Shown here: in pieces, positions 17,317 to 26,610 of the stretch | How the letters are laid out: every line of letters begins with the position of its first letter | Numbering within the stretch: position 1 is the first letter of the stretch | Notes under the pieces: model-generated | What the model was told of the DNA's origin: nothing | Databases searched by the model: none | The model's input: only the letters and a program-made list of their open reading frames with translations | Assembly: GCA_903892355.1 (NCBI GenBank) | Contig: CAITIE010000090.1 | Coordinates: 109,604 to 173,603, forward strand | DNA length: 64,000 nt | Source of the DNA: an uncultured Pirellula sp. | GTDB taxonomy: Bacteria > Planctomycetota > Planctomycetia > Pirellulales > Pirellulaceae | Direction: 5' to 3' | Translations under genes and position numbers: made by a program

Positions 17317-19197
17317 TTACGGGGTCGCGGCTGCGGCCGCTGGGGCTGCTTGGGGCGCGGGTGCTGCAGGCGTTGATTCCGGCTGGATGGTAGGATTCCC
17401 TTCGAGCGGACGTCGCGGAATTTTTTCATCGCGCATGGCCGCGTTGTATGCGAACGATGCCATGATGACCGACGCTTGTTTCGCGTCATCCTCAATCAAT
17501 CGCTCGTAGACATCCATGCTGGAGTGGTGGGTACGCGTATCGTATTCGATGGGGTCCTGAATGAACTGGAAGCCCGGAAGTCCAATGCCGGTGAACGACT
17601 GGTGGTCGGTACCGCCGGTGTTGGACGAGGTGATCGTCGAGGCGCCCAGGTCTGCGAAGGGGCTCAGCCACGATCGGAAGATCGGTCGTGTGGCTTCGTT
17701 CCCTTGCAAATAGATCCCACGGATTTTTCCGGCACCGTTGTCGAGATTGAAGTAGGTCGAGAGTTTTTCGTATTCGGGTTTGACGGCGAGCACCGACGCG
17801 ACACGATTGCTGTCGGCGTTATCTCCTTCGCCTGATCGCTGCGTCTTGAGCTCACCAAAGTGCTCAGCAACGTAGGCCCGTGAACCGAGAAGGCCTTGTT
17901 CCTCACCCGTCCATAACGCCATGCGGATGGTGCGTCGTGGCTTGATGTCGAGCGTTTTCAGAATGCGCACCGCTTCCATCGCGACCCCGCATCCGATGGC
18001 GTTGTCGGTGGCCCCTGTGCCGGAGTGCCATGAGTCAAAGTGAGCTCCGAGCATCACGATTTCATCCTTGAGATCGGTCCCTGGGATTTCCGCGATGATG
18101 TTGAAGCTATTGAGATCACCATCGTGGTACGTCGACTCGATATCGATTTCGAGTTGAGGCATTACCCCTTTTTCGATCATTCGAACCAATCGGTTGTAAT
18201 GCTCGGCAGCAACAACCAACTGGGGCAAGATTGGAGGTGAATCGACCGTCCAAGGGCGAGGGCCACGCGATAGCGGGCCGCCTTCACCAGGGCTTCGAGT
18301 GTCGCGACCAGGATCGGCTCGGCGGGGCATGGTCGCGGAGGCGACAAAGACGGTGCCGCCATCGCCACGGCCTGCTTCCAGCACCGCCGCGGCTCCTTCA
18401 TCGTATGCCAATTGCCATTTGTCGGTTTGCAATTGCATGGTGTTGGCTGCGGCATTGCGACGAGGTGGCTGCTGATTCTCCCCTTTCTGGTTCCCATCTC
18501 CGTTTGGATTCGAGGCTGCCTCGCGATTCCCGCCATTGCGATTTCCGCCACTTTGCCCCCCATTACCCGGTCCAGGCCCACCGGGTTGGCCTTCGCTGGG
18601 GCGGCGTCGGCGTGGAGCGCCGGTATCTGCGTTTGCTAGATTGAGTAGCTCGGCATCCGTTTGGCGGGCGCCCGGGGGATCGAACCAAGGTTTCACTTCG
18701 CGAGGAGGAGTGATCAGAACGATAGCTCGCCCGAGCTTGCCTCGGTACTTCTCAAGTTCCTCTGGAGTGTCTGCATCGAGATAGATCGGTTCGCCTCGGA
18801 CTGTGGTCGGGGTACTGGGTGTCCAAGCCTTGGGATAAGCGATCAACGAAAAGAATTGAGGGGCGACGACGTTGGCTTTGTAGGACTGCAACGACCAACC
18901 GCGGCCGAAGGGGCCCCAGCTTTCCAAGTGTGCGTTTTCAAGCCCCCATTCGGCTAGTCGGTTTTTTGCCCACTCGCCGGCGATGCGGCTCTCCGGTGCG
19001 CCGGTCAGACGAGGACCATGAACGTCGGTCAGATAACTGATCGTCTCCATGACCTTGGAGCGATCCATCCCTTCTTCTTTGATCTTGTTGATAACGTCGT
19101 TATCGATCTTTTCCGATTGGGACATCCCAAGAGTTGGAAAGCCGATCGCTAGTGCGGCTGCTAGAGCGAGTCGCTGCATCTGTTGTTTTTGTTTCAT
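17317..19197 (-). CDS. M28-family aminopeptidase with PA domain and signal peptide
   Basis: I place the start at ATG 19197 (MKQKQQMQRLALAAALAIGFPTLG). Zinc-ligand regions HFDSWHSGTGATDNAIG and LWTGEEQGLLGSRAYV are present. A G/N/Q/P low-complexity insert is also present. Confidence 0.8.
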   Translation of the reverse strand: MKQKQQMQRLALAAALAIGFPTLGMSQSEKIDNDVINKIKEEGMDRSKVMETISYLTDVHGPRLTGAPESRIAGEWAKNRLAEWGLENAHLESWGPFGRGWSLQSYKANVVAPQFFSLIAYPKAWTPSTPTTVRGEPIYLDADTPEELEKYRGKLGRAIVLITPPREVKPWFDPPGARQTDAELLNLANADTGAPRRRRPSEGQPGGPGPGNGGQSGGNRNGGNREAASNPNGDGNQKGENQQPPRRNAAANTMQLQTDKWQLAYDEGAAAVLEAGRGDGGTVFVASATMPRRADPGRDTRSPGEGGPLSRGPRPWTVDSPPILPQLVVAAEHYNRLVRMIEKGVMPQLEIDIESTYHDGDLNSFNIIAEIPGTDLKDEIVMLGAHFDSWHSGTGATDNAIGCGVAMEAVRILKTLDIKPRRTIRMALWTGEEQGLLGSRAYVAEHFGELKTQRSGEGDNADSNRVASVLAVKPEYEKLSTYFNLDNGAGKIRGIYLQGNEATRPIFRSWLSPFADLGASTITSSNTGGTDHQSFTGIGLPGFQFIQDPIEYDTRTHHSSMDVYERLIEDDAKQASVIMASFAYNAAMRDEKIPRRPLEGNPTIQPESTPAAPAPQAAPAAAAATP

Positions 19198-19444
19198 AAT
19201 TTGCAGTGGTATAGAGTTCGTAAGAACATCGGTTGGGGGAATGAATCTGCAAGTAGCAGGAGTTCGGGAGCATCCAGTCGAACGATGGGCGGTTGTCCTG
19301 CAATTGTCTTGAGATCCAGCGCCGGGTTGCATTATGGATGACGGGGCGCCGCGTTGCTATCAGTCGGTTCCAATCCGAAGACGGATTTTCCGAAGGGTTT
19401 TTTGTCACGCTTCCTAATCACGATGCGTGTGCCCAGCAGACCAT

Positions 19445-21574
19445 CTACGGAGTATCCGTGGTCGACGCCGGTGAGGAACGAACCCAAAGAGATACGGCAT
19501 TCGCCAACAAAATGGTAAAACTGGTCACAAGGAAGACGATGGCCGCCGAGCTGAGCCCCCCCTTTAGGATTTGGGAGGTGGCGCCTGTTTTGAGTCCTTG
19601 AGTGAAGTCAGGCCACAACTGGCCGTAGATCAGTTCGGCCGCGGCGGTGTAGGTGGTAGTCATAATAAAGATCATCGGCAGGATCGTGACCCAAGCGTAC
19701 TTGCCTCGGCCTTCGCGAAAGAGCCATGTGGTGACGACGCACAGAGCGATCGCCGCGAGGAGTTGGTTGGCGATGCCGAACATGGGCCAGATGGTTTGGA
19801 TGGAGCCGGTCCAAATCAACGAGCCCCAGCCGATGGTGACCATTGCGGTGCAGAGCCAAACACCGGGCCACCAGTCCATCTTCTGGAACTTCGGTGAGAA
19901 ATTACCGAGGACTTCTTGGAGCAGGAATCGGGCGATGCGTGTTCCTGTATCGATCGTAGTAAGGATGAAGAGTGCTTCGAACATGATGGCAAAGTGAAAC
20001 CAGTATTTGATCAGCCCATCGAGGGAAGCTATCGGAGCTACTTTGGCGATAGCGCCGGTCATGATGTTCGCCATACCAACGGCCAGTGTCACCGCGCCTC
20101 CGGTCCGGCCACGAAGCGTCTCACCGCCGACCTGCGACTCGATCGTGTCGAGGTGATCGATGTCGGCATGCATTTTGCTGAGCGTCTCCGCGTACTGTTG
20201 GGCTTTGGACATATCGATATTAATCGCCCAATAATCTGCAACTGGGAGTGCCGCCGCTGCGATCAAAGCGCACACTGCCACCATGCCTTCCATGAGCATC
20301 GATCCGTAGCCGATCATACGAAGGTCTTTTTCGGAGCTTGCCATCTTTGGCGTGGTACCGGAGGAAACCAACGAGTGGAACCCCGATACCGCCCCGCACA
20401 TGATGCAGATAAAGACGAATGGGAAGATACCACCGTAGAGATTAGGGCCGCCGCCGTAGGCAAAGAACGTGTTGACCGCGGGTGCTTCCATGCGAGGATT
20501 GGCGATGACCACTCCCAACATCAACAATAGGATAGTCCCGATCTTGAGGAAGCTGGACAGATAATCGCGGGGGCAAAGCAATAGCCAAACCGGAAGGATC
20601 GAGGCGATGAAACCATAGAAGCAAATCGCCGCGATGATCCCTTCGCGCGAGAACTGGAAATAGGGTTCGAGCGGAGAACCCGGAATCCAATTCCCGGCTA
20701 CGGTGGCTGCGAGTACGCCCGCTGCGCCGACCAACGACGCTTCGATGACACGGCCTTTGCGGAATCGGTACATGTACCAACCGACAAAAAGGGCGATGGG
20801 TATCGTGCAAGCGATCGTAAAGGTTCCCCATGAGCTACCGCGGATAAACTCGAACGACTTGGCCGGGATCTCAATCGGTGCTCCATTGTTGGTTGCGGCA
20901 TTGTTGTTTGCGGCCGAAGCATCGCGCGATGCGACAGGGATGTCGATGGAGAATGTTTCGCTCCGAACGATCGTCGTTCCAGTGGGGTAGGTTACCGCGG
21001 AGCCGCTCGGAATGCTGAGTCGATCGATGGCTTCCGAGATTCTTGTGCGAACGACCTCTCCCTTGGGCGCGATGGTGCTCCCCGGAACCAAAGCAACCTT
21101 GTCACCACCTAACGCTTTGACAACAACCACGCCCAGTCCGGAGAGAGCGATGATGACGATGAACAGAATAGAGATCGACGTCAGCAGGCCCAGTTTGGGA
21201 CCGAGCAGCCCGCGGGCGATTTGAGCGAGGGACTGGCCATTATGTCGCACGCTGGCCGCCAGGACCAAAAAATCCTGGACAGCTCCGGCGAGGCAAACTC
21301 CGATGACCAGCCAAATCAGTCCGGGCATGTACCCAAATTGGACTGCCAAGACCGGGCCGATCAATGGTCCAGCCCCCGAGATTGCGGCAAAGTGATGGCC
21401 GAACAAGATCCATCGATTGGTCGGATGGTAATTCTGCCCATCATTAAGCCGATGCGCGGGGGTGACTCGCTCTGCATCCAGCACCGCAACCCGGGCCGCT
21501 AAAAACGAGCTGTAGAATCGGTAAGCGACCGCCATCGCGGCCAACACCCCCAGCAACAGTGGCATAGCGTGCAT
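19445..21574 (-). CDS. cstA: Carbon starvation protein A (peptide/pyruvate transporter family)
   Basis: 709-aa polytopic membrane protein. The N-terminus (VAYRFYSSFLAARV, NYHPTNRWILFGHHFAAISGAGPLIGP) is characteristic of CstA. Confidence 0.85.
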   Translation of the reverse strand: MHAMPLLLGVLAAMAVAYRFYSSFLAARVAVLDAERVTPAHRLNDGQNYHPTNRWILFGHHFAAISGAGPLIGPVLAVQFGYMPGLIWLVIGVCLAGAVQDFLVLAASVRHNGQSLAQIARGLLGPKLGLLTSISILFIVIIALSGLGVVVVKALGGDKVALVPGSTIAPKGEVVRTRISEAIDRLSIPSGSAVTYPTGTTIVRSETFSIDIPVASRDASAANNNAATNNGAPIEIPAKSFEFIRGSSWGTFTIACTIPIALFVGWYMYRFRKGRVIEASLVGAAGVLAATVAGNWIPGSPLEPYFQFSREGIIAAICFYGFIASILPVWLLLCPRDYLSSFLKIGTILLLMLGVVIANPRMEAPAVNTFFAYGGGPNLYGGIFPFVFICIMCGAVSGFHSLVSSGTTPKMASSEKDLRMIGYGSMLMEGMVAVCALIAAAALPVADYWAINIDMSKAQQYAETLSKMHADIDHLDTIESQVGGETLRGRTGGAVTLAVGMANIMTGAIAKVAPIASLDGLIKYWFHFAIMFEALFILTTIDTGTRIARFLLQEVLGNFSPKFQKMDWWPGVWLCTAMVTIGWGSLIWTGSIQTIWPMFGIANQLLAAIALCVVTTWLFREGRGKYAWVTILPMIFIMTTTYTAAAELIYGQLWPDFTQGLKTGATSQILKGGLSSAAIVFLVTSFTILLANAVSLWVRSSPASTTDTP

Positions 21575-21947
21575 AAGGCTTTTTGATCCCTCTCGCGTGG
21601 TAAATTAAAGAAACTTTGCAGGTCGCTTGCCGGGGGAACGCAGGTCGCTACAGTATGCAGTCGGCAGAGCGTTAACAGCTTAGCATTTGCGTTCACTTTT
21701 TGTTGCATCTGGAGGGACGAATCATGGCGGATTCGGATCCTGGGGCTGCACCGAAGAAGGCGGAAGGCGGATGGTATTGGTGGCGAGACCGATGGGTAGA
21801 CGGTCCGAGCCGAGACCACCGAAAGAATGCGGGTTGAGCTGACAGAGCTGGGTCGGGTGTGGTCCCGATCGCTCTGACCTTTGACGGACCGCAGGGTGTG
21901 CTACGCCGAATCTGTTTGTCCCTATTTTTATGAGAGTGGATCGCTGA

Positions 21948-22961
21948 ATGTCTTCGGAAAACAAATTCAAGCTCGAGTACATTTGGTTGGACGGGTATCT
22001 GCCCGAGCCCAATCTACGCAGCAAAACAAAGGTTGTTGACAAAGCGCCAACATCCGTCTCGGATCTTCCAATGTGGGGATTCGACGGTAGTTCTACCCAA
22101 CAAGCAGAAGGCCGGAGTTCGGACTGCCTGCTCAAGCCGGTCGCACTGTATCCCGATAGCACTCGCAAGAACGGTTTCCTCGTTCTCTGCGAAGTTCTCC
22201 TGCCCAACGGTGAGCCTCACCCATCGAATTACCGCGCCATGGTCGAGGAAATGCCCGACTTGTGGATCGGTTTCGAGCAAGAGTACTTCTTCTACGAGAA
22301 CGGTCGTCCTCTCGGTTTTCCCGAGGAAGGCTACCCAGCTCCCCAAGGTCCTTATTACACCGGTGTTGGTTACAAGAACGTTGGCGATATCGCTCGTCAA
22401 ATCGTCGAAGAACACATCGATATCTCCCTCGACGCTGGCATCAACCTCGAAGGCATCAACGCCGAAGTGGCCAAGGGGCAGTGGGAGTTCCAGATCTTCG
22501 CAAAGGGTGCGAAGAAGGCTGGTGACGACATGTGGGTTGCTCGCTACCTGATGTCGCGGTTGGCCGAGAAGTATGGAATCGACATCGAGTTCCATTGCAA
22601 GCCGATCCGTGGTGACTGGAACGGCTCCGGGATGCATACCAACTTCTCGTTCGACAAGCTTCGAAACGATGGTGGCAAGGAATACTTCGAGAAGCTCATG
22701 GCTGCATTCGACAAGTATCGCGATGAGCACATCGCTGCATACGGTCCAGACAACCATCTCCGGTTGACCGGTCTCCACGAGACCCAGTCGATCGATAAGT
22801 TCAGCTATGGCGTTGCCGACCGCGGTGCTTCGATCCGAATCCCACACAGCTTCGTCAACAGCGGCTACAAGGGGTACTTGGAAGATCGACGTCCAAACTC
22901 GCAAGCCGATCCGTACAAGATCTTGTCGCGTTTGGTCAAGACGATCAAGTCGGTTAGCTAA
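21948..22961 (+). CDS. glnII: Glutamine synthetase type II (eukaryote-like GSII)
   Basis: 337 aa. KLEYIWLDGYLPEPNLRSKTKV, MWGFDGSSTQQAEGRSSDC, GSGMHTNFS and ASIRIP are GSII hallmarks. Confidence 0.85.
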   Translation: MSSENKFKLEYIWLDGYLPEPNLRSKTKVVDKAPTSVSDLPMWGFDGSSTQQAEGRSSDCLLKPVALYPDSTRKNGFLVLCEVLLPNGEPHPSNYRAMVEEMPDLWIGFEQEYFFYENGRPLGFPEEGYPAPQGPYYTGVGYKNVGDIARQIVEEHIDISLDAGINLEGINAEVAKGQWEFQIFAKGAKKAGDDMWVARYLMSRLAEKYGIDIEFHCKPIRGDWNGSGMHTNFSFDKLRNDGGKEYFEKLMAAFDKYRDEHIAAYGPDNHLRLTGLHETQSIDKFSYGVADRGASIRIPHSFVNSGYKGYLEDRRPNSQADPYKILSRLVKTIKSVS

Positions 22962-23040
22962 TGGGTACGTCTGTTAGATAACGGTTTTGATCAGCGAGGA
23001 GACCGTTTTGTGTTGTTCTCGCAACGAAGCAAATAACAAA

Positions 23041-23072
23041 GGCGTCCGGTAATCCGGACGCCTTTTCCGTTT
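23041..23072 (+). terminator. Rho-independent terminator after glnII
   Basis: GGCGTCCGG, loop TAAT, CCGGACGCC, followed by TTTTCCGTTT. Confidence 0.8.
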
Positions 23073-23209
23073 CTCAAACGCGAATTCAATCGAGGACGTG
23101 TTTCTGGACAGAGTCGCTGCAACACTGGCAGTTTGCGATCCATGAGCGGGATCAGCGAACGTCTGAAACAGTTTTGCGGAGCCAGATATGTTGGCGTAGA
23201 CGTGCAGGC

Positions 23210-23422
23210 TTAGCCTTGCCGAAGTATGCCTCTGATACTCTTTGTTGCCACCCAAGCGATTGCGAGCGTTGCAAGAGCCATCAGTGCCAAAGGCAATGCA
23301 TGTTCGAGCGACGTCAAGTAATGAGCCGGTTCGTTGGAATCGGTTTTTCCATGGCCTGGATGCGCGAAAGCGTTAGGTGCACAGACCGCGAACGCAGTGA
23401 TTGCAAGAAATCTCGATGGCAT
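23210..23422 (-). CDS. Small (70 aa) exported His-rich protein with C-terminal membrane anchor, hypothetical
   Basis: ATG at 23422. A signal-like MPSRFLAITAFAVCAPNAFA is followed by HPGHGKTDSNEPAHYLTSLEH and then the hydrophobic stretch ALPLALMALATLAIAWVA. No family recognised. Confidence 0.4.
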   Translation of the reverse strand: MPSRFLAITAFAVCAPNAFAHPGHGKTDSNEPAHYLTSLEHALPLALMALATLAIAWVATKSIRGILRQG

Positions 23423-23651
23423 CGTTGACCCGCTCGGATGGCTTTGGATTGAATGGAGCAATACGTTTGGAGTTGAGTCGGGCAGCCAATCCGGTTTTTC
23501 GTTCAGCTTTGCGACCAGCAACGATGACACTATGCCCCATTTCTCCGCCGGACGCAAGGCGGTATGGGAGGCAATACGGTGTTATACTCATCATTGGAAC
23601 AGACCAATAACTTTTGATTGCACGCAACCCATCAAGTATGGGAAGGGTTCC

Positions 23652-25127
23652 ATGAAGGCCTCCGATCCGATACCCGCCGCTATCCCCCGTACTCGCAGTC
23701 CGCGAATACCGAGTTTTGTTTGGCTTCTGACAGTCGCTTGCGCATTGCTCAGCGCTTTTCTTTTTTTCAATGCGTACCGCAGTCAAGGTGATTTGATCGA
23801 AATCGAATTCGAGCAAGGGTTCGGATTACAGACAATGGACTCGCTGCGTTTCCGTGGAATTGAAATCGGGCGCGTTGAGAAAATCGAACTGCGGGAATCG
23901 CATCCGGGAATCTTGGTTTCCGTACGGCTTGCTCCCAAGGCTCGAGAGGTAGTAACCGACGGAACAATCTTTTGGATAGTTCGGCCGACGGTATCTCTCG
24001 AAGCCGTTCGCGGGTTGGAGACCATTGTCGGGCCCAAATACATGGCGATGGAGCCTGGGCGCTCCGAGACCCACCGCTCGATTCGGTTCCAAGGTCTCGA
24101 AGCTCCCCCCGCGATCACTCCGCGAGAAGGGGCAATTGAAATCGTACTAGACGCCAAGAAGCGTTACGGACTCGACAGCGGAGCACCTATCCATCATCGC
24201 GGGTTTCGTATCGGGGACGTGCTGTCGGTAGGTTTAGCGAGCGATGCTAGGAGCGTCATTGTCCGATGCGCGATCGACCCGGAATACCATGAACTGGTGA
24301 GGAGCAACTCCCAGTTTTGGGTGCGCAGCGGTGTGCGATTCGATCTCGGATTGAGTGGCCTCAAGTTCGAGGCGGATAGCTTGGGACAAATCCTCGTCGG
24401 CGGTGTTGAGTTCGCAACTCCTGATGCACCTGGACCGGTCGCGACCACTGGTAGTCGATTTGTTCTGCATGATGCCCCTGTCGATGAATGGCTGCAGTGG
24501 CAGCCTTCGCTTCCGTACGGTGTCCTCTGGGATCGCATGCAGCAGCAGTCACCAACATCGCATCGCGTCGCCGTCCGTTGGAAGCAGAAATCGTTTGGCT
24601 TCACAGTACAGCGACAGCGGGTTGGATGGGCGCTGCTCCTCGATGACTCCTCCATGATCTGCCGAAGCGATTTGCTGGCGGTCCCAACAGACGCGTTGGA
24701 TGGTTCGTTGGTGATGGAGGTCTCGGGCTTGACCCAAACATCCTTCGAGCCAACATCCACCACGGCCCTATCCGGTGGAGTTGAGATGGCACGAGTTCTG
24801 CTCTCGCAACCGCTCGATCCGGCGACCAATCCTTTTCCGAGTCGAAATGTCGATGCGTCCCGATCAACCAACGATCTGACCGATGTTTTGATCGTTGGTC
24901 CCGATGCTTCACGCGGTATCCTAGTCGATCGCAATCGGTTGGATTTACCATCCCGAAGCGATGTCTCTGCAGAGAGCGCTGTGCGAAAAATGGGCTGGAC
25001 TATCCGAAACGGTCTGCAGATTTCGAAGGAACTGGATGGAGCCCCGGTCGTTTCACTTCCGTCCGGCGATTGGATCGGTTTTCTATGCTTTGATGGCGAT
25101 CAAGCCTGGATTACGAAGAAGCCATGA
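23652..25127 (+). CDS. MCE-domain (PqiB/MlaD-like) membrane-anchored protein
   Basis: ATG at 23652 (MKASDP). An N-terminal TM segment (FVWLLTVACALLSAFLFF) is present. Two MCE-like units follow (LRFRGIEIGRVEKIEL...FWIVRP and IHHRGFRIGDVLSV...FWVRSG). Confidence 0.7.
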   Translation: MKASDPIPAAIPRTRSPRIPSFVWLLTVACALLSAFLFFNAYRSQGDLIEIEFEQGFGLQTMDSLRFRGIEIGRVEKIELRESHPGILVSVRLAPKAREVVTDGTIFWIVRPTVSLEAVRGLETIVGPKYMAMEPGRSETHRSIRFQGLEAPPAITPREGAIEIVLDAKKRYGLDSGAPIHHRGFRIGDVLSVGLASDARSVIVRCAIDPEYHELVRSNSQFWVRSGVRFDLGLSGLKFEADSLGQILVGGVEFATPDAPGPVATTGSRFVLHDAPVDEWLQWQPSLPYGVLWDRMQQQSPTSHRVAVRWKQKSFGFTVQRQRVGWALLLDDSSMICRSDLLAVPTDALDGSLVMEVSGLTQTSFEPTSTTALSGGVEMARVLLSQPLDPATNPFPSRNVDASRSTNDLTDVLIVGPDASRGILVDRNRLDLPSRSDVSAESAVRKMGWTIRNGLQISKELDGAPVVSLPSGDWIGFLCFDGDQAWITKKP

Positions 25128-25263
25128 TCCTGAGTTCCCGAGCAACACGTGTGGAAATCTTCATCTTTGAATCAGGGTGTCCCGCAACACGAAGGGGGCG
25201 ACGGTAGCAACTATTCGCGAAAAACTGCTACAATAAAGAGGTCGACTGAGGTGCCGTAGTTCC

Positions 25264-25614
25264 TTGGTAAGACACGCAAGCATCTTTTCTCGACCCAAAA
25301 CTGACAACAAGGAATCTCGTCTCGTGGCCGGACGCATTCAAGGAAAAGTCATCGAGGTGACTCCCGAGGGGGATTTGGTCACCGATTTGACGTCAGTGGA
25401 GTTGGCGCAAGTTAGCAGATCCTCTGAAACCAAAGTGATCGTCGATGAAGAGCATGAGACGTTTGGAATTTTTGGTTCGGCGCACGAACAACCCCCGATG
25501 ACCCTCATCGCCATCCTCGATGCAGATGCACCTCTTCGTTTGCATTTAGTTTCTGATTCCGCCTCGATGATGCTTGGGGTTCGCGCCGGCGCCCCGGTAG
25601 AAGTCTGCTGGTGA
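25264..25614 (+). CDS. Small hypothetical protein; resembles the C-terminal beta-barrel domain of the SAM hydroxide adenosyltransferase (DUF62) family
   Basis: TTG start. GKVIEVTPEGDLVTDL and the C-terminal LGVRAGAPVEV resemble the DUF62 C-terminal domain pattern. The stop overlaps the truB start (GTGATG). Confidence 0.4.
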   Translation: MVRHASIFSRPKTDNKESRLVAGRIQGKVIEVTPEGDLVTDLTSVELAQVSRSSETKVIVDEEHETFGIFGSAHEQPPMTLIAILDADAPLRLHLVSDSASMMLGVRAGAPVEVCW

Positions 25615-26549
25615 TGTACGGCATTCTGAATCTGAACAAGCCCCTCGGTCCGACCAGTCGCGAATGCGTCAATCGAGTTGGTCGAGTCATGCCAGGTATC
25701 AAATTAGCGCACGCGGGGACCCTCGATCCTCTCGCCAGTGGCGTATTGGTGCTATTGGTCGGTCCTGCGGTCCGTTTGATGGAAGAAGTGCACACCTTCG
25801 ACAAAGAGTACGTTGGTACTTTTCGTTTAGGGCAAACCAGCCCATCGGGTGATTTGGAAATGGAAGTGACCGATTGCCCCATCCCTGGGGGGCTCGACGC
25901 TCAAAGCATACTCGACGCGATCCCTCAGTTCCTCGGTTCGATTGAGCAACGGCCTCCTTCCTACTCAGCGGTGCGAGTGGATGGCAAGCGTGCGCATGTG
26001 CAAGCTCGACTAGGTGTGGCCGTCGAGGTTCCGATGCGGTCGATCACGATTCATGCATTGGAGTTGCTCGATTTTGCGTTCCCCGAATTTACGTTACGGG
26101 TTTCCTGCAGTACCGGGACCTACATGCGATCGCTCGGGGCCGATATTGCGAGATCTCTTGGGACCGAAGCGGTGATGACTCGATTGCAGAGAACCCGAGT
26201 GGGGCCCTTGAGCGTTGAAAATTCCGTATCGTTGGAAACGATCGAATCTCCCGAGTGGGATCATCAATTAGTCCCGGCGACACTCGGTGCGCATAACATG
26301 CCTCAATGGCGCGTCGATGATTCCGTGATGCGGCGCATCCTCGATGGGCAACGCTTGCCATTCAGCGACATCGCGGGAGTCGGTGCTAATTGGGAAGATG
26401 TATTCGGTACGGATGTTGCTTCAAACTTCGACGCACGGGGGGCGGTGGTCGATGTCAAGGGAGTTCTCCGTGCGATCGTGGAGCGGAAAGAGGATGGGAG
26501 TTGGCGATGCCACAAAGGGATCGCGCATTGGGACATTTTGCCTTCTTGA
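25611..26549 (+). CDS. truB: tRNA pseudouridine(55) synthase
   Basis: GILNLNKPLGPTS and HAGTLDPLASGVLVLLVG catalytic-Asp motifs. The start is GTG 25611 or ATG 25614. Confidence 0.9.
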   Translation: MMYGILNLNKPLGPTSRECVNRVGRVMPGIKLAHAGTLDPLASGVLVLLVGPAVRLMEEVHTFDKEYVGTFRLGQTSPSGDLEMEVTDCPIPGGLDAQSILDAIPQFLGSIEQRPPSYSAVRVDGKRAHVQARLGVAVEVPMRSITIHALELLDFAFPEFTLRVSCSTGTYMRSLGADIARSLGTEAVMTRLQRTRVGPLSVENSVSLETIESPEWDHQLVPATLGAHNMPQWRVDDSVMRRILDGQRLPFSDIAGVGANWEDVFGTDVASNFDARGAVVDVKGVLRAIVERKEDGSWRCHKGIAHWDILPS

Positions 26550-26610
26550 AAACGAGTTCGGCAGCGGGATGGTTTCATGATCACCGAAGCCTGAACCGCT
26601 GAGAATTAGA

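Noticed and set aside
21575-21947. Possible glutamine riboswitch (glnA RNA) or NtrC/sigma-54 promoter in the 373-nt cstA/glnII divergent region
   Set aside because: I could not find the conserved glnA-motif core or a TGGCAC-N5-TTGC element by eye. It may still hold regulatory sites, but nothing is supportable without a covariance-model scan.
22014-22904. 296-aa minus-strand ORF
   Set aside because: It is antisense to glnII, whose GSII motifs are unambiguous. The antisense translation has no recognisable domain.
24194-24934. 246-aa minus-strand ORF
   Set aside because: It is antisense to the MCE-domain gene, and the translation is Ser/Arg/Pro-rich without motifs.
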